A DNA stretch of 54,294 bases, from the IMG/VR virus record IMGVR_UViG_3300020438_000053, positions 1-54,294 of that record. One strand, given 5' to 3'. Below, one piece after another: positions 20,538 through 29,143 of the stretch. The notes below the pieces were generated by a model. It was not told the DNA's origin, ran no database searches, and saw only the letters and a program-made list of their open reading frames with translations. Within the stretch, counting starts at the first letter, position 1, and each line of letters starts with the position of its first letter. Both the position numbers and the translations under genes were made by a program. This DNA comes from a virus (taxonomy: Duplodnaviria; Caudoviricetes).

Positions 20538-20843
20538 CTACCCGCTCACTTGAATGATTAGGTAACCTATGTAAATTAAACCTCCCGCCGACAAAGCCAG
20601 CAAGGTCATGACGGCCCACAATATCGCGTCGTTCACAGTCGCGGAGCCTTTCGTAATCCACTTTGCTTCTTTGAGGCGGTGTCGAATGTAGGCTTTCGCC
20701 TCATCAGCCGATAAACCATGCCCCGGAGTAAACTTATAATTGCCCATATTTTCTTCATATTTTTTCCTTAGTTTTAGCATTCGCTCTTGGTAGCGCTGGT
20801 TTTCGTTACGGACTTCGATGTCCTTGTTGCTCATCTTTGACAT
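20538..20843 (-). CDS. hypothetical membrane protein
   Basis: C-terminal TM segment AILWAVMTLLALSAGGLIYIGYLII. Confidence 0.6.
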   Translation of the reverse strand: MSKMSNKDIEVRNENQRYQERMLKLRKKYEENMGNYKFTPGHGLSADEAKAYIRHRLKEAKWITKGSATVNDAILWAVMTLLALSAGGLIYIGYLIIQVSG

Positions 20844-20848
20844 AATTA

Positions 20849-22198
20849 TTAAAGTACGGGATTCAACTCGTCATCATTGATTCGGTCTAAATTCGTGAGC
20901 TTTCGACGGACGGCGCGACATACGCCCATCTCAACAGTGTCAGCCGCAAACACGATCTTTTGTACCGATGCCGTCTCACCCCCGGCACGGTGGACTCGTC
21001 CTAACGTTTGCCGCAACTCGACCGCCGAAAAACTTGGAGATATTAGACTTACACGGGGATGACCGCCATGCTCGTCATGCAAATTTAACCCTACCCCGCC
21101 CGCTTGGATCATACATACTATCACACGGGCATGATTGCTCTGAAAAGATTCTACGTTCTCCTGCCTTTCACTACCAGTCTGGTCACCGTGTACCGTGGCT
21201 ATAGGAATATCTAGGGTCAATCGACCAATGACGGCATCTAAAGTCGCCCTGAAATTTACAAACAATGCAACAGAATTTCCATCGTTAACAGCATCGCGAG
21301 CCAACTCCACGAAGACAGGCACCTTTAGCAACTCGGTCTCCTGCCGTGCACGTAGCTGTATGGTCAAGGGAGATTCCTCGTCATCACCCATAGTGACAGC
21401 CAACTGAGCCAACTCGTTGCTCATGACGGCATAAATGTCATCTATGTCCTCGCTCTCGTCTATGCGATAACCATCAGCCACCACCAAGGTGTCGGGAAAC
21501 GCACCCTCAGGCAATTCACTGATGCGTATGCGACTACCGCGACTAGGGTAAATGTGATTGTGCAAAGCACTTAGCACCTTAGCGCTGTTGTTAAATACCA
21601 ACCCACCAAAAACTCCACGCTTGCACCCAGTGCGCAAACACCAATTCCACCAACCTCGGTAGTCGTGCAAACCTAACAAATAACCAATGGATTTCATCTC
21701 CACGGGATTACTGCATACAGTAGCGGATAACATCATAGTAGGTATGCCCTCGGCCTTAGCCGTAGCCAACATTTTTGAGTTTACGGTCTTGTCGCCCTTG
21801 CAACGGTGTACCTCATCGAAAATCAGTACCACGGTGTTCTTGTCCAAGTTCCAACGAATCTTTTTGCCCTTCTTATGCAGAAAAGCGGTGTTGCCACCAC
21901 GCAGTTTGTCGTAGGTGTAGGCAAAATGAGTGGGGTCGTTCGGGCGAAATGCCTTCATCCAATCAGTCCAACTAGGTATAACCGCTTTAGGGCATACCAC
22001 GAAAGGTATACGACCCAAACGTCGACAAACTTCTAACGCCATTATCGTCTTACCCGTGCCCGTGTCACTGCCGTCCAATGCGTGGCCGTAGGTCCTCATC
22101 GCGTGGGTCAAGGCGTCAACGTGATCCTCCTGCCAGTCATGCAGGGTAGGGCAAGAAGACTGTAGAACCTTACCCGCTTTGACTTGTGCTACTGACAT
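20849..22198 (-). CDS. SF2 (SNF2-like) helicase
   Basis: DTGTGKT, FDEVH, LSAT, GGVGLNL, Q.LGRVHR; ATG 22198 follows AGGAGG. Confidence 0.9.
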   Translation of the reverse strand: MSVAQVKAGKVLQSSCPTLHDWQEDHVDALTHAMRTYGHALDGSDTGTGKTIMALEVCRRLGRIPFVVCPKAVIPSWTDWMKAFRPNDPTHFAYTYDKLRGGNTAFLHKKGKKIRWNLDKNTVVLIFDEVHRCKGDKTVNSKMLATAKAEGIPTMMLSATVCSNPVEMKSIGYLLGLHDYRGWWNWCLRTGCKRGVFGGLVFNNSAKVLSALHNHIYPSRGSRIRISELPEGAFPDTLVVADGYRIDESEDIDDIYAVMSNELAQLAVTMGDDEESPLTIQLRARQETELLKVPVFVELARDAVNDGNSVALFVNFRATLDAVIGRLTLDIPIATVHGDQTGSERQENVESFQSNHARVIVCMIQAGGVGLNLHDEHGGHPRVSLISPSFSAVELRQTLGRVHRAGGETASVQKIVFAADTVEMGVCRAVRRKLTNLDRINDDELNPVL

Positions 22199-22442
22199 CG
22201 TGCTCAATCCCTCCTTTGCGGTTTTCTATTTCCGTGAATAACTGTCGTGACCAATCTATGGGGTTTAAACCCTCTCGGCGAGCCACTGCTGAAAAAGATG
22301 CGAACATCTTCTTTAAACCACTCTGCTCTATCTGACGAACACGCTCGCGGGTTACACCCATTACGTCCGATATCTCCTGCAAAGTGTAAGTCTGACCCGC
22401 GTCAGGATCGTAAAAATGCTCGGTGCCGTCAGGCTGAATCAT
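22170..22442 (-). CDS. stand-alone sigma-70 region 4 HTH protein
   Basis: TLQEISDVMGVTRERVRQIEQSGLKK; likely ATG at 22442 after GGGGGAG. Confidence 0.8.
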   Translation of the reverse strand: MIQPDGTEHFYDPDAGQTYTLQEISDVMGVTRERVRQIEQSGLKKMFASFSAVARREGLNPIDWSRQLFTEIENRKGGIEHDVSSTSQSG

Positions 22443-22737
22443 CGGTAGCTCCCCCGCCATGAACTGAGCCAAACGGGTGTCGGCACTGGTAGTCTTTTCC
22501 AGAGAGTTTCCAGCTAACGGCACAAACGCGGGCTCTTTCGGCGGCTTGACCGAAGCCGTGGACGATTTCCCGGAGCTCTTGGACTTCACGTCCGAGCTTG
22601 AAGAGCTCTTCTTCTGAGTACTCTCGCGTTGTGAAACGGATGCCGCAATTAGGGCATCCACGACGGCGTCTTTTGTGTCCTTCTCCATGTCTAGTGTCTT
22701 TTGTTTGAGTTGGGGTGTCGCATTCAGGGCACTTCAT
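22429..22737 (-). CDS. NrdR-like N-terminal zinc-ribbon protein without ATP cone
   Basis: MKCPEC...DTR....RRRRGCPNCG.RFTT.E matches the NrdR DNA-binding domain. Confidence 0.8.
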   Translation of the reverse strand: MKCPECDTPTQTKDTRHGEGHKRRRRGCPNCGIRFTTREYSEEELFKLGREVQELREIVHGFGQAAERARVCAVSWKLSGKDYQCRHPFGSVHGGGATDDSA

Positions 22738-22880
22738 CGAAGCTCTTCCGCGTCGCACAACCAACAAGGGCCGTGGCCCTGTGCGGGACATACATGGACA
22801 TTTACCGTGTCTCTACAGACAGGGGTCGTTGGTCGACAGCCAAAGGTCGACAGGGTGAGAAGTGTTAGAATCTTAATCAT
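22734..22880 (-). CDS. small Cys/His-rich putative lipoprotein (48 aa)
   Basis: MIKILTLLTLSTFGC-RPTTPVCRDTVNVHVCPAQGHGPCWLCDAEELR; preceded by AACCACACACCAC; ATGA-coupled to the Zn-ribbon gene. Confidence 0.55.
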   Translation of the reverse strand: MIKILTLLTLSTFGCRPTTPVCRDTVNVHVCPAQGHGPCWLCDAEELR

Positions 22881-23003
22881 GTGGTGTGTGGTTTTTCGCA
22901 TCGGGTAATTCCGATGTGAGCCTTTAACGTCTCATTTTGTTATACGAAAGTCAAACAAAATTAAACAAATATTAAAAAAAGTTACGCATCCCAGTGTTTA
23001 AGC

Positions 23004-23666
23004 CTAGTTCGAGAGCTCTTTTCGTATTTTACCCTCGCCCAAAATGTAATCCCCCCACTGCTTTGCCATCGCTTTCGCAAATCCCGGGAACGTCTTGCTC
23101 CGATAACGAGCCCGCTCGCTCGGGGGCATGCCCATACTGCGAACATGCCACATCGGATCCTTGCGCCCGTCCTTATATACGTACATGTCGGGCTCCACTA
23201 TTTCGGTAGCCTCCAACAACGGTAAATTCTTCAACCACAACCCCGTCTTCTTGCTGTGCTCGTCACCGAAGAAATAAGGATGCACGTACTGATCGGGCTT
23301 GCGCCATTCCGTAGACATTATGCCAACGGGATTTTCTATCGCTATGCTGTAGATGTCGGCATCAGCCAAGGCCAGGAAGAACTTTATCGCATCCTCCCTC
23401 TGCTGTGGACGATCAGGAAAACGATCACGAAACTCAGGCTTCATCCACTTGTTCCCCGTTACCGTCAAATAAGTGCAGGGAGGGTGGGCGATCATCAAAT
23501 CCCAATCACCCTCAACCATTACGTCCAACACATCCTCACGAATATGCCACTCGGGATGATCACCACTACACTCCACCAGATCACAGGAATAAGCATTGAA
23601 ACCCCTAGCACGAAAAGCGCAGGTCACCACCTGACTCTCCTCGCAAGCTACCAGTACTTCCCTCAC
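23004..23666 (-). CDS. DNA cytosine methyltransferase-like protein
   Basis: VLVACEES, SCD, DLMIAHPPCTYL, IENP; GTG start overlaps the upstream stop. Confidence 0.75.
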   Translation of the reverse strand: MREVLVACEESQVVTCAFRARGFNAYSCDLVECSGDHPEWHIREDVLDVMVEGDWDLMIAHPPCTYLTVTGNKWMKPEFRDRFPDRPQQREDAIKFFLALADADIYSIAIENPVGIMSTEWRKPDQYVHPYFFGDEHSKKTGLWLKNLPLLEATEIVEPDMYVYKDGRKDPMWHVRSMGMPPSERARYRSKTFPGFAKAMAKQWGDYILGEGKIRKELSN

Positions 23667-24124
23667 CGAATCGCCCAATCTAAAATCAATAAAGCATCTG
23701 CTGTAGCGTTCGTCACCTTCAACTCGGGGTACAACCTCTTGGCATTGTCCACCAGACATCGTTTACGCTCGGTGTAACCCATCTTAGGCTTCAACCCACG
23801 CAAACCCTTCTGCCATTTCTTCGGACCCACCAAGTGCAAAGGTACGCCTAGGCCCCTGATCACACCCATCTCGAATCCAAAATTTACACCCAGTTTGAAA
23901 CTGCTCGCGTTGCTGGTAGCTCTACTCACGTACGCGGGCACGTCTTCTATGTAGCATACGTTGGATTTGTCCTTACTTCCGAGCACTGATACGAAATCAA
24001 TAAACTCGCTCTCCGTCGTAAACTTACACAGCTCAATCTCGCCTGTCGTCCGCAGCATAGCCATGCCACCTCCGACCCCAGGGTCAACACCCAGGACTCT
24101 ATCGGGTCTCAGAGCACCAACCAC
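23663..24124 (-). CDS. RuvC-like Holliday junction resolvase
   Basis: LGVDPG..GG, YIEDV, F.LG..FG, P..WQK, ADALLI. Confidence 0.85.
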   Translation of the reverse strand: MVGALRPDRVLGVDPGVGGGMAMLRTTGEIELCKFTTESEFIDFVSVLGSKDKSNVCYIEDVPAYVSRATSNASSFKLGVNFGFEMGVIRGLGVPLHLVGPKKWQKGLRGLKPKMGYTERKRCLVDNAKRLYPELKVTNATADALLILDWAIR

Positions 24125-24308
24125 GGTAAGCGGGAGGGAGGCTGGACTTCTGCTTGGGCTGCTTGGGCCGTTTAAGCCCCTCCAAGTACCTCGAAACAGC
24201 TAAGCGAATCACTTGCGACGGGGTAGACTTGGTAGAAGAGGCTTCCGCCTTTAGCTCGTCTAGCAGTTCGTCGTCAACACGAAAATTTATTTGGTTATCT
24301 AGAGACAT
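24099..24308 (-). CDS. ribbon-helix-helix (CopG/Arc-like) regulator
   Basis: INFRVDDELLDELK...SQVIRLAVSRYL. Confidence 0.8.
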   Translation of the reverse strand: MSLDNQINFRVDDELLDELKAEASSTKSTPSQVIRLAVSRYLEGLKRPKQPKQKSSLPPAYRGWCSETR

Positions 24309-24314
24309 TGTTTT

Positions 24315-24343
24315 GTTATACTAAAAGATGAGACGTGTGTCAA
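24315..24343 (-). promoter_or_regulatory. sigma70 promoter for the replication operon, leaderless
   Basis: TTGACA-17 nt-TATAAC, then 6 nt to ATG 24308. Confidence 0.8.
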
Positions 24344-24369
24344 TGCGATACTTTGAGGTACGAAGGTGC

Positions 24370-24672
24370 GATTTTTTAACGTTTTTACGTTTCGGTGTGC
24401 GTTATTTAACGTAAAAACGTAATTCGTAAACCGTTGGAGGTGTTGCTACTTACGTACCTCTTTACATTTTTAACGTTTTTTTTATAAAAAGTATAGTAAC
24501 TGGGTATATAGCAACGGCAACGGTAACCCTGCAGCGTTTATGTAGTAATTTAACGTTCTAGGGAGGGTTTGGTACGTAAAAACGTAAAAACGTAAAATAC
24601 GCGCCTAACTCTAAGTGTATTAAAGCCTTACGACTTTACGTTTTAGGTTTTGTATCGTTATTAAACGTTAAC
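24370..24672. repeat. AT-rich region with many ACGT-centred (AACGTAAAA/TTTTACGTT) repeats; candidate replication origin
   Basis: More than 10 copies in both orientations, e.g. TACGTAAAAACGTAAAAACGTAAAA; non-coding. Confidence 0.55.
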
Positions 24673-24778
24673 TGGCTTTCTAAAATAGTAACCCAATCTA
24701 TTTCAGGCTTCTTTGACCACACCACAATTCGAAGACCCATCTCAGCAGACACCAAGATATGTACGTGGCCCCCCGGTA

Positions 24779-25048
24779 TCATTTCTTTTTACTGCGCCTT
24801 TTGGGCGAAGCGCTTTTGCGTTTGCGCGCGAATGATCTGTTTTTGGCCTTAGACACTACCCGAAGATTCTTTTTACGGTTGTCGGCAGTGTTTCGGTTTT
24901 TATGGTCTACGTCTTTACCGTCGCCTTTTCTCGCCTTACCTGCCTTAACCATCTTAGCCCTTGCGCTATTGCGCTGAGCCCTCCTCTTTTTTTGCTTAGG
25001 CCTCTTGTGGTATAAGTACTCTTTCTTGTAGTTTCTAGCTTTAGCCAT
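24779..25048 (-). CDS. small basic HNH endonuclease
   Basis: RNYKKEY...GDGKDVDH.......N...NLRVVS...NR. Confidence 0.85.
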   Translation of the reverse strand: MAKARNYKKEYLYHKRPKQKKRRAQRNSARAKMVKAGKARKGDGKDVDHKNRNTADNRKKNLRVVSKAKNRSFARKRKSASPKRRSKKK

Positions 25049-25092
25049 GGTCTTAGGGTACCCACGGGGGGTTTCCGTTGCAATCCGTTGTG
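25049..25092 (-). promoter_or_regulatory. putative late promoter (CACAACGGATTG + TACCCT), leaderless
   Basis: Box 44 nt before ATG 25048 on the minus strand. Confidence 0.65.
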
Positions 25093-25239
25093 GATCGGCT
25101 AGGTACTATCATGCCTGCAGAGGTGCTAAAAAGTGCTTGGTGCTTTTAAAATCCCACACATTTCCTTATTTCAATAATTGAAATTAGTCATGGTTTATTT
25201 AAAATTTTTAAAAAATTTTATAAAACCGTGTGGGAACAT

Positions 25240-25330
25240 TTGGTGCTTAATGCTTGGTGCTTAGTGCTTAGTGCTTAGTGCTTAGTGCTTGGTGCTTGGT
25301 GCTTGGTGCTTGGTGCCTGGTGCTTAGTGC
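25240..25330. repeat. 7-bp tandem repeat (TRGTGCT) about 13 times
   Basis: tggtgct/tagtgct units read directly. Confidence 0.9.
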
Positions 25331-25345
25331 GAACCGAACTAATCT

Positions 25346-25660
25346 CTTCACGAACGTAGCAATACGTTCACACTGCAATACAAAACACAAAACAAGAAAC
25401 CGAACGTAGCAACACGTTCACACTGCAACCAAAACACAAAACAACGAACCGAACGTCGCAACACGTTCACACTGCAACTAAACACTGCAAAAAACCAAAA
25501 ACGGAAAGGAGATGCTATGGACCCATAGCTAAACTTGCCCATATCCAGACGTCGAAAGATGTCTGCACTGCAACCCAACCAACCATGAACTACGGACCTG
25601 AGTAAGTCCTAACAACTGCTCATTCTTCACGAACGTCGCAACACGTTCCTACTGCAATCT
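25346..25660 (+). repeat. array of GNRA-tetraloop hairpins each followed by ACTGCAA
   Basis: GAACGTmGCAAyACGTTC at 25352, 25402, 25451, 25631; variant AGACGTC-GAAA-GATGTCT near 25546. Confidence 0.8.
25594..25622 (+). ncRNA. compact H-type pseudoknot motif, copy 1
   Basis: GGAC/GTCC stem plus TGAGTA/TGCTCA stem. Confidence 0.6.
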
Positions 25661-25754
25661 AAACAAAAATACATACCGGTACTAAGCGTGTTAACAGCAA
25701 ATACTTACAAACCTAACATACGTAAATACGCACGCTGAAAAGCCACTATCACTA

Positions 25755-26003
25755 ATGAAACTACTAGCTACAGTTCTACACTCCGACTACATCTCCATTT
25801 ACGAATGGGACGGCAGTCTTCACAGAATTCAATACTTCGAAATCGAAGAACAAGGTACATTCAAACGTTCCTACATTCTAAAGTACTCCGACGGCACTAC
25901 ACAAAACGTCGCATCCAGCTACTTCAACAGCTTAGAAATCTGCCCAGAACGCCTTGTCCAAGCATGGAACGGCAACAAACCGCTAATTCCACACAACTCC
26001 TAA
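25755..26003 (+). CDS. hypothetical early protein
   Basis: 82 aa ORF with the local codon style. Confidence 0.6.
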   Translation: MKLLATVLHSDYISIYEWDGSLHRIQYFEIEEQGTFKRSYILKYSDGTTQNVASSYFNSLEICPERLVQAWNGNKPLIPHNS

Positions 26004-26004
26004 C

Positions 26005-26283
26005 ATGAAACCACACATCATAGATCCCTTCGGAAAACCAGATCACCTCATTCAACTTCTCAAAGAAGAAGGTGAAGTAACCAACCTAAGCGTCGACCAA
26101 GCCGGCTTCGACACTCTGCTCGAAAGACTACTCGCCATCGGAATAGACGGCGAACTCGCTAACAACAACGAATTCATCATGCACGTCTGCGAAAGTTTCG
26201 AAGCAGGAGGCGTACTATGCTCTCGCAACACCGACGACAAAACCATCGTCGCAATCTCAAAACCAGAGGCAACCTCTTTATGA
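26005..26283 (+). CDS. hypothetical early protein
   Basis: 92 aa, tightly packed. Confidence 0.6.
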   Translation: MKPHIIDPFGKPDHLIQLLKEEGEVTNLSVDQAGFDTLLERLLAIGIDGELANNNEFIMHVCESFEAGGVLCSRNTDDKTIVAISKPEATSL

Positions 26284-27107
26284 TCATGCAAAATAAAACA
26301 ACCGGAACATCACTAGAAACCATAACACCAGCTATAGCTACTCAGTACTTGAAGCTAAACAGGCACAATAGAAAGTTGTCCAACAGAACAGCAGAACGGC
26401 TTGAACAAGCCATGAAAGATCTCAACTGGAAAACCAACGGTGAGACTATAAAGTTCGGAACCGGACTTGAAGGTAAAGAAATACTACTGGACGGACAACA
26501 CAGATTAACAGCCTGCGTTACCGCAAATGTTCCATTCTCAACGTACGTCATCCGAGGGCTCGACCCCGATGTCTTCGACACTATAGACAGCGGTAAGAAA
26601 CGCAATCTAGCAGATGTCTATTCCACCATGGGATGCAAAAGCACCACCATGCTAGCCTGTTCTATTGTTCTCGTCGACAGATATACTATCGGCAAATTAG
26701 CTCATCACAACAGTTCAGACTACCCAAACGAAGTAGCTCAAACACTCATCGATCTTTACCCCGAAATCATAACAAGTGTAAACCTAATAGAACGACTCAA
26801 GAAAACGCTCCCGCTAGCCCCAGGAGCCGTTGCTGCCGCTCACTACATCTTTGCACAAATAGACGTAGAAGAAGCAGACGCCTTCGCAGTCAAACTATCT
26901 AAAGGTATCGGACTCACAGAACACTGCCCGATACGGCACTTCCGCGAACAAATGATCAAAGACAGAGCTCGCAAAAATCCTTGGACACGGTTCGAACTGC
27001 TCGGAACTATCATCAAAGTATGGAACCACGTACGCTTTGCACGGTCAATGACCAGATCAGCCACGCGATGGACGCCAGATACGGCACCACAACCTGTCGC
27101 CAAATAA
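26280..27107 (+). CDS. ParB/Srx-like (DGQHR) protein
   Basis: ITP..A..YL..N..NR, W..NGE.I, LLDGQHRL, D.GK.R; ATGA overlap at 26280. Confidence 0.75.
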   Translation: MIMQNKTTGTSLETITPAIATQYLKLNRHNRKLSNRTAERLEQAMKDLNWKTNGETIKFGTGLEGKEILLDGQHRLTACVTANVPFSTYVIRGLDPDVFDTIDSGKKRNLADVYSTMGCKSTTMLACSIVLVDRYTIGKLAHHNSSDYPNEVAQTLIDLYPEIITSVNLIERLKKTLPLAPGAVAAAHYIFAQIDVEEADAFAVKLSKGIGLTEHCPIRHFREQMIKDRARKNPWTRFELLGTIIKVWNHVRFARSMTRSATRWTPDTAPQPVAK

Positions 27108-27114
27108 GCAGCAC

Positions 27115-27143
27115 AGACCTGAGCATGTCTTAACAACTGCTCA
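27115..27143 (+). ncRNA. compact pseudoknot motif, copy 2
   Basis: AGAC/GTCT plus TGAGCA/TGCTCA. Confidence 0.6.
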
Positions 27144-27150
27144 TCCCTTT

Positions 27151-27345
27151 ATGACCGAAACAAAAAAAGAAACAGAAAAGCCTAATACGCTTATACAATC
27201 GAAATACGAATACGACAGCTTCAAAGAATGGCTGGCAGAGTCCCCCTCAGACTTAGATCCTGATGTCTTACTATTCTGGCAAAATGAACTAACTAAATGG
27301 GAAAAGCTCCTGCCCCCCAGTTTACATGACCTGAGTAAGTCTTAA
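27151..27345 (+). CDS. hypothetical protein
   Basis: 64 aa ORF between two pseudoknot motifs. Confidence 0.5.
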   Translation: MTETKKETEKPNTLIQSKYEYDSFKEWLAESPSDLDPDVLLFWQNELTKWEKLLPPSLHDLSKS

Positions 27346-27355
27346 CAACTGCTCA
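27328..27355 (+). ncRNA. compact pseudoknot motif, copy 3
   Basis: GAC/GTC plus TGAGTA/TGCTCA. Confidence 0.55.
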
Positions 27356-27362
27356 ATCTTTC

Positions 27363-27468
27363 TACTCGTTCGCTAGTGACACATGTGGGCGCGATTGAAC
27401 CACGGCGAGACAGAGCAACGCTAGGATTAGCTACCCTAAACTTACACTCCCTAGACTTCGAACGAGTA
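27363..27468 (+). ncRNA. candidate Y-RNA-like structured RNA upstream of the Ro60-like gene
   Basis: 5' TACTCGTTCG pairs perfectly with 3' CGAACGAGTA; CTAG/CTAG pairs after a bulge; internal hairpins GTGG/CCAC and TAGG/CCTA. Confidence 0.5.
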
Positions 27469-27513
27469 CGATTTATTCACCTAATCCCTTTATAACAATC
27501 CACACACCATACT

Positions 27514-29040
27514 ATGAGTAATCTATTACAAAACGTAGAGAGAGCTACGAACTCAACTCTCACAGAAAACGGTGCCTTGACGCACAAAAGCACACTCAAT
27601 GAGTGCTTAAACTTATTCTCCCGCGCAGGCGGGTTACGCAACAACCCAGTAGAAGCCTTAAACCTCTTCAAGAATGCATACGCAGAAGACCCAATCGCTG
27701 CAGTCATAACCCTATTCTACATTCGTGACATCCGAGGCGGGATGGGCGAACGACTCATATTCCGAGTATGTATGGACTGGTTGCTCGACAGGCAACCAAG
27801 CATGTACCGCAACATCGTCAATTGCACTCCTGAATTCGGGCGGTGGGACGACGTAGTGCGTCACTATCACGTCAACAAGGAACTAATTAAGAACCAGATC
27901 CGAGAAGACGTCGACAACACGGACGCACTACTCCCTTGCTCACTGCTCGCCAAGTGGATGCCCAGCATCTCAGCTAGCAACGATGCTCAGAAGCTTCTCG
28001 CCAAAGAAATCGCTTCCGACATGGGAATGACCCAAAGGTTATACCGAAAGCTGCTCGCCAAACTACGAAGTCACATCGACATCGTCGAAAGGCACATGTG
28101 CTCTAAGAACTGGTATGACATCGACTTCAGCAAGGTACCAAGCCAAGCCATGCTGAAACTCAAATCAGCCTTCTGGAAGAACCAACCAGAACGTTTCAAA
28201 GCCTACATAAACTCCGTCGAGAAGGGCGAAGAGAAGATCAATGCGGGCACTATCACCCCCGACCAGCTGGTCAAAGCCTACAACAGGGAACCGCACAATC
28301 ACATATACGGAGATCCCATCGTACTCGATCCAGTAATCGAAGAGCAATGGAAAGCCCTACCAACATGGGGCGAACCACAAGACATGCTCGTCGTAGCTGA
28401 TGTAAGCGGAAGCATGTACTGGTCAGAAACTCGACCTATCGACATCGCTATCTCACTCGCTCTGTACGCTAGCGAACGTAATGCCAACCCCCTCTGGCAG
28501 AACACGTTCATGACGTTCGACTCGAAGCCACAGCTGATGAAGGTGAATCCTCACAACACTCTACTAGAGAAAGTGCAAGAGCTCCAGAATGCCCCATGGG
28601 GCGGTAAAACTAACCTCCAAAGAGCCATCGATCTAATCATCGACAGCTGTGAGGTTGAGGCAGATCTACCCGATTCGCTGGTAATCATCAGCGACATGGA
28701 GTTCGACTACGCTACGGCTGGAACCACGAACTTCGACGCTTTCAAACAAAAAGCCGAAGCAAAAGGATTCAAGCTTCCTAACATAGTCTTCTGGAACGTA
28801 GACTCTAGGAATCGCCAATCGCCCGTCACCTTCGACGAGCGAGGCGTAGCCCTCGTGTCAGGTCGCTCACCATCGATTCTGCAAATGGCATTCGACGGCA
28901 ACTTCGATCCGATGTCCTTCTACCAAGAAGCGGTACTCAACAACCGCAGGTACAAAGATGTCAAACGCGGAGCACAGTTCGGTAACTCCTGCTGGGCAGA
29001 CACGCCCGTAGCAGACCAAGCTCAAGTCGATGATGCTTGA
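27514..29040 (+). CDS. Ro60/TROVE-like vWA protein (DUF2828 family)
   Basis: TENGA, RDIRGGMGER, GRWDD, AKWMPS, VPS.AM, MIDAS DVSGSM, ISDMEFD, FWNV. Confidence 0.88.
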   Translation: MSNLLQNVERATNSTLTENGALTHKSTLNECLNLFSRAGGLRNNPVEALNLFKNAYAEDPIAAVITLFYIRDIRGGMGERLIFRVCMDWLLDRQPSMYRNIVNCTPEFGRWDDVVRHYHVNKELIKNQIREDVDNTDALLPCSLLAKWMPSISASNDAQKLLAKEIASDMGMTQRLYRKLLAKLRSHIDIVERHMCSKNWYDIDFSKVPSQAMLKLKSAFWKNQPERFKAYINSVEKGEEKINAGTITPDQLVKAYNREPHNHIYGDPIVLDPVIEEQWKALPTWGEPQDMLVVADVSGSMYWSETRPIDIAISLALYASERNANPLWQNTFMTFDSKPQLMKVNPHNTLLEKVQELQNAPWGGKTNLQRAIDLIIDSCEVEADLPDSLVIISDMEFDYATAGTTNFDAFKQKAEAKGFKLPNIVFWNVDSRNRQSPVTFDERGVALVSGRSPSILQMAFDGNFDPMSFYQEAVLNNRRYKDVKRGAQFGNSCWADTPVADQAQVDDA

Positions 29041-29122
29041 TCTAATAATCCTCGGAGCAGTGATGATGCTGACTCCGATCTCCTTCGTAATGATCATGGA
29101 CTACTTGACCATGCGAAGATAA
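29030..29122 (+). CDS. 30-aa single-TM peptide
   Basis: MMLDLIILGAVMMLTPISFVMIMDYLTMRR. Confidence 0.45.
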   Translation: MMLDLIILGAVMMLTPISFVMIMDYLTMRR

Positions 29123-29143
29123 AAACTATCACCACACACCAAC

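Noticed and set aside
22443-22688. N-terminal extension of the sigma-region-4 ORF
   Set aside because: It overlaps the well-supported Zn-ribbon gene; a better start with an SD exists at 22442.
25346-25500. CRISPR mini-array (palindromic repeats with ~50-nt period)
   Set aside because: The spacers are short, near-identical A/C tracts rather than unique sequences. There is no cas operon, and the Cas4-like gene is a usual phage replication nuclease.
27363-27468. tRNA gene
   Set aside because: No canonical T-arm/D-arm spacing, 7-bp acceptor stem or CCA; kept only as a Y-like RNA candidate
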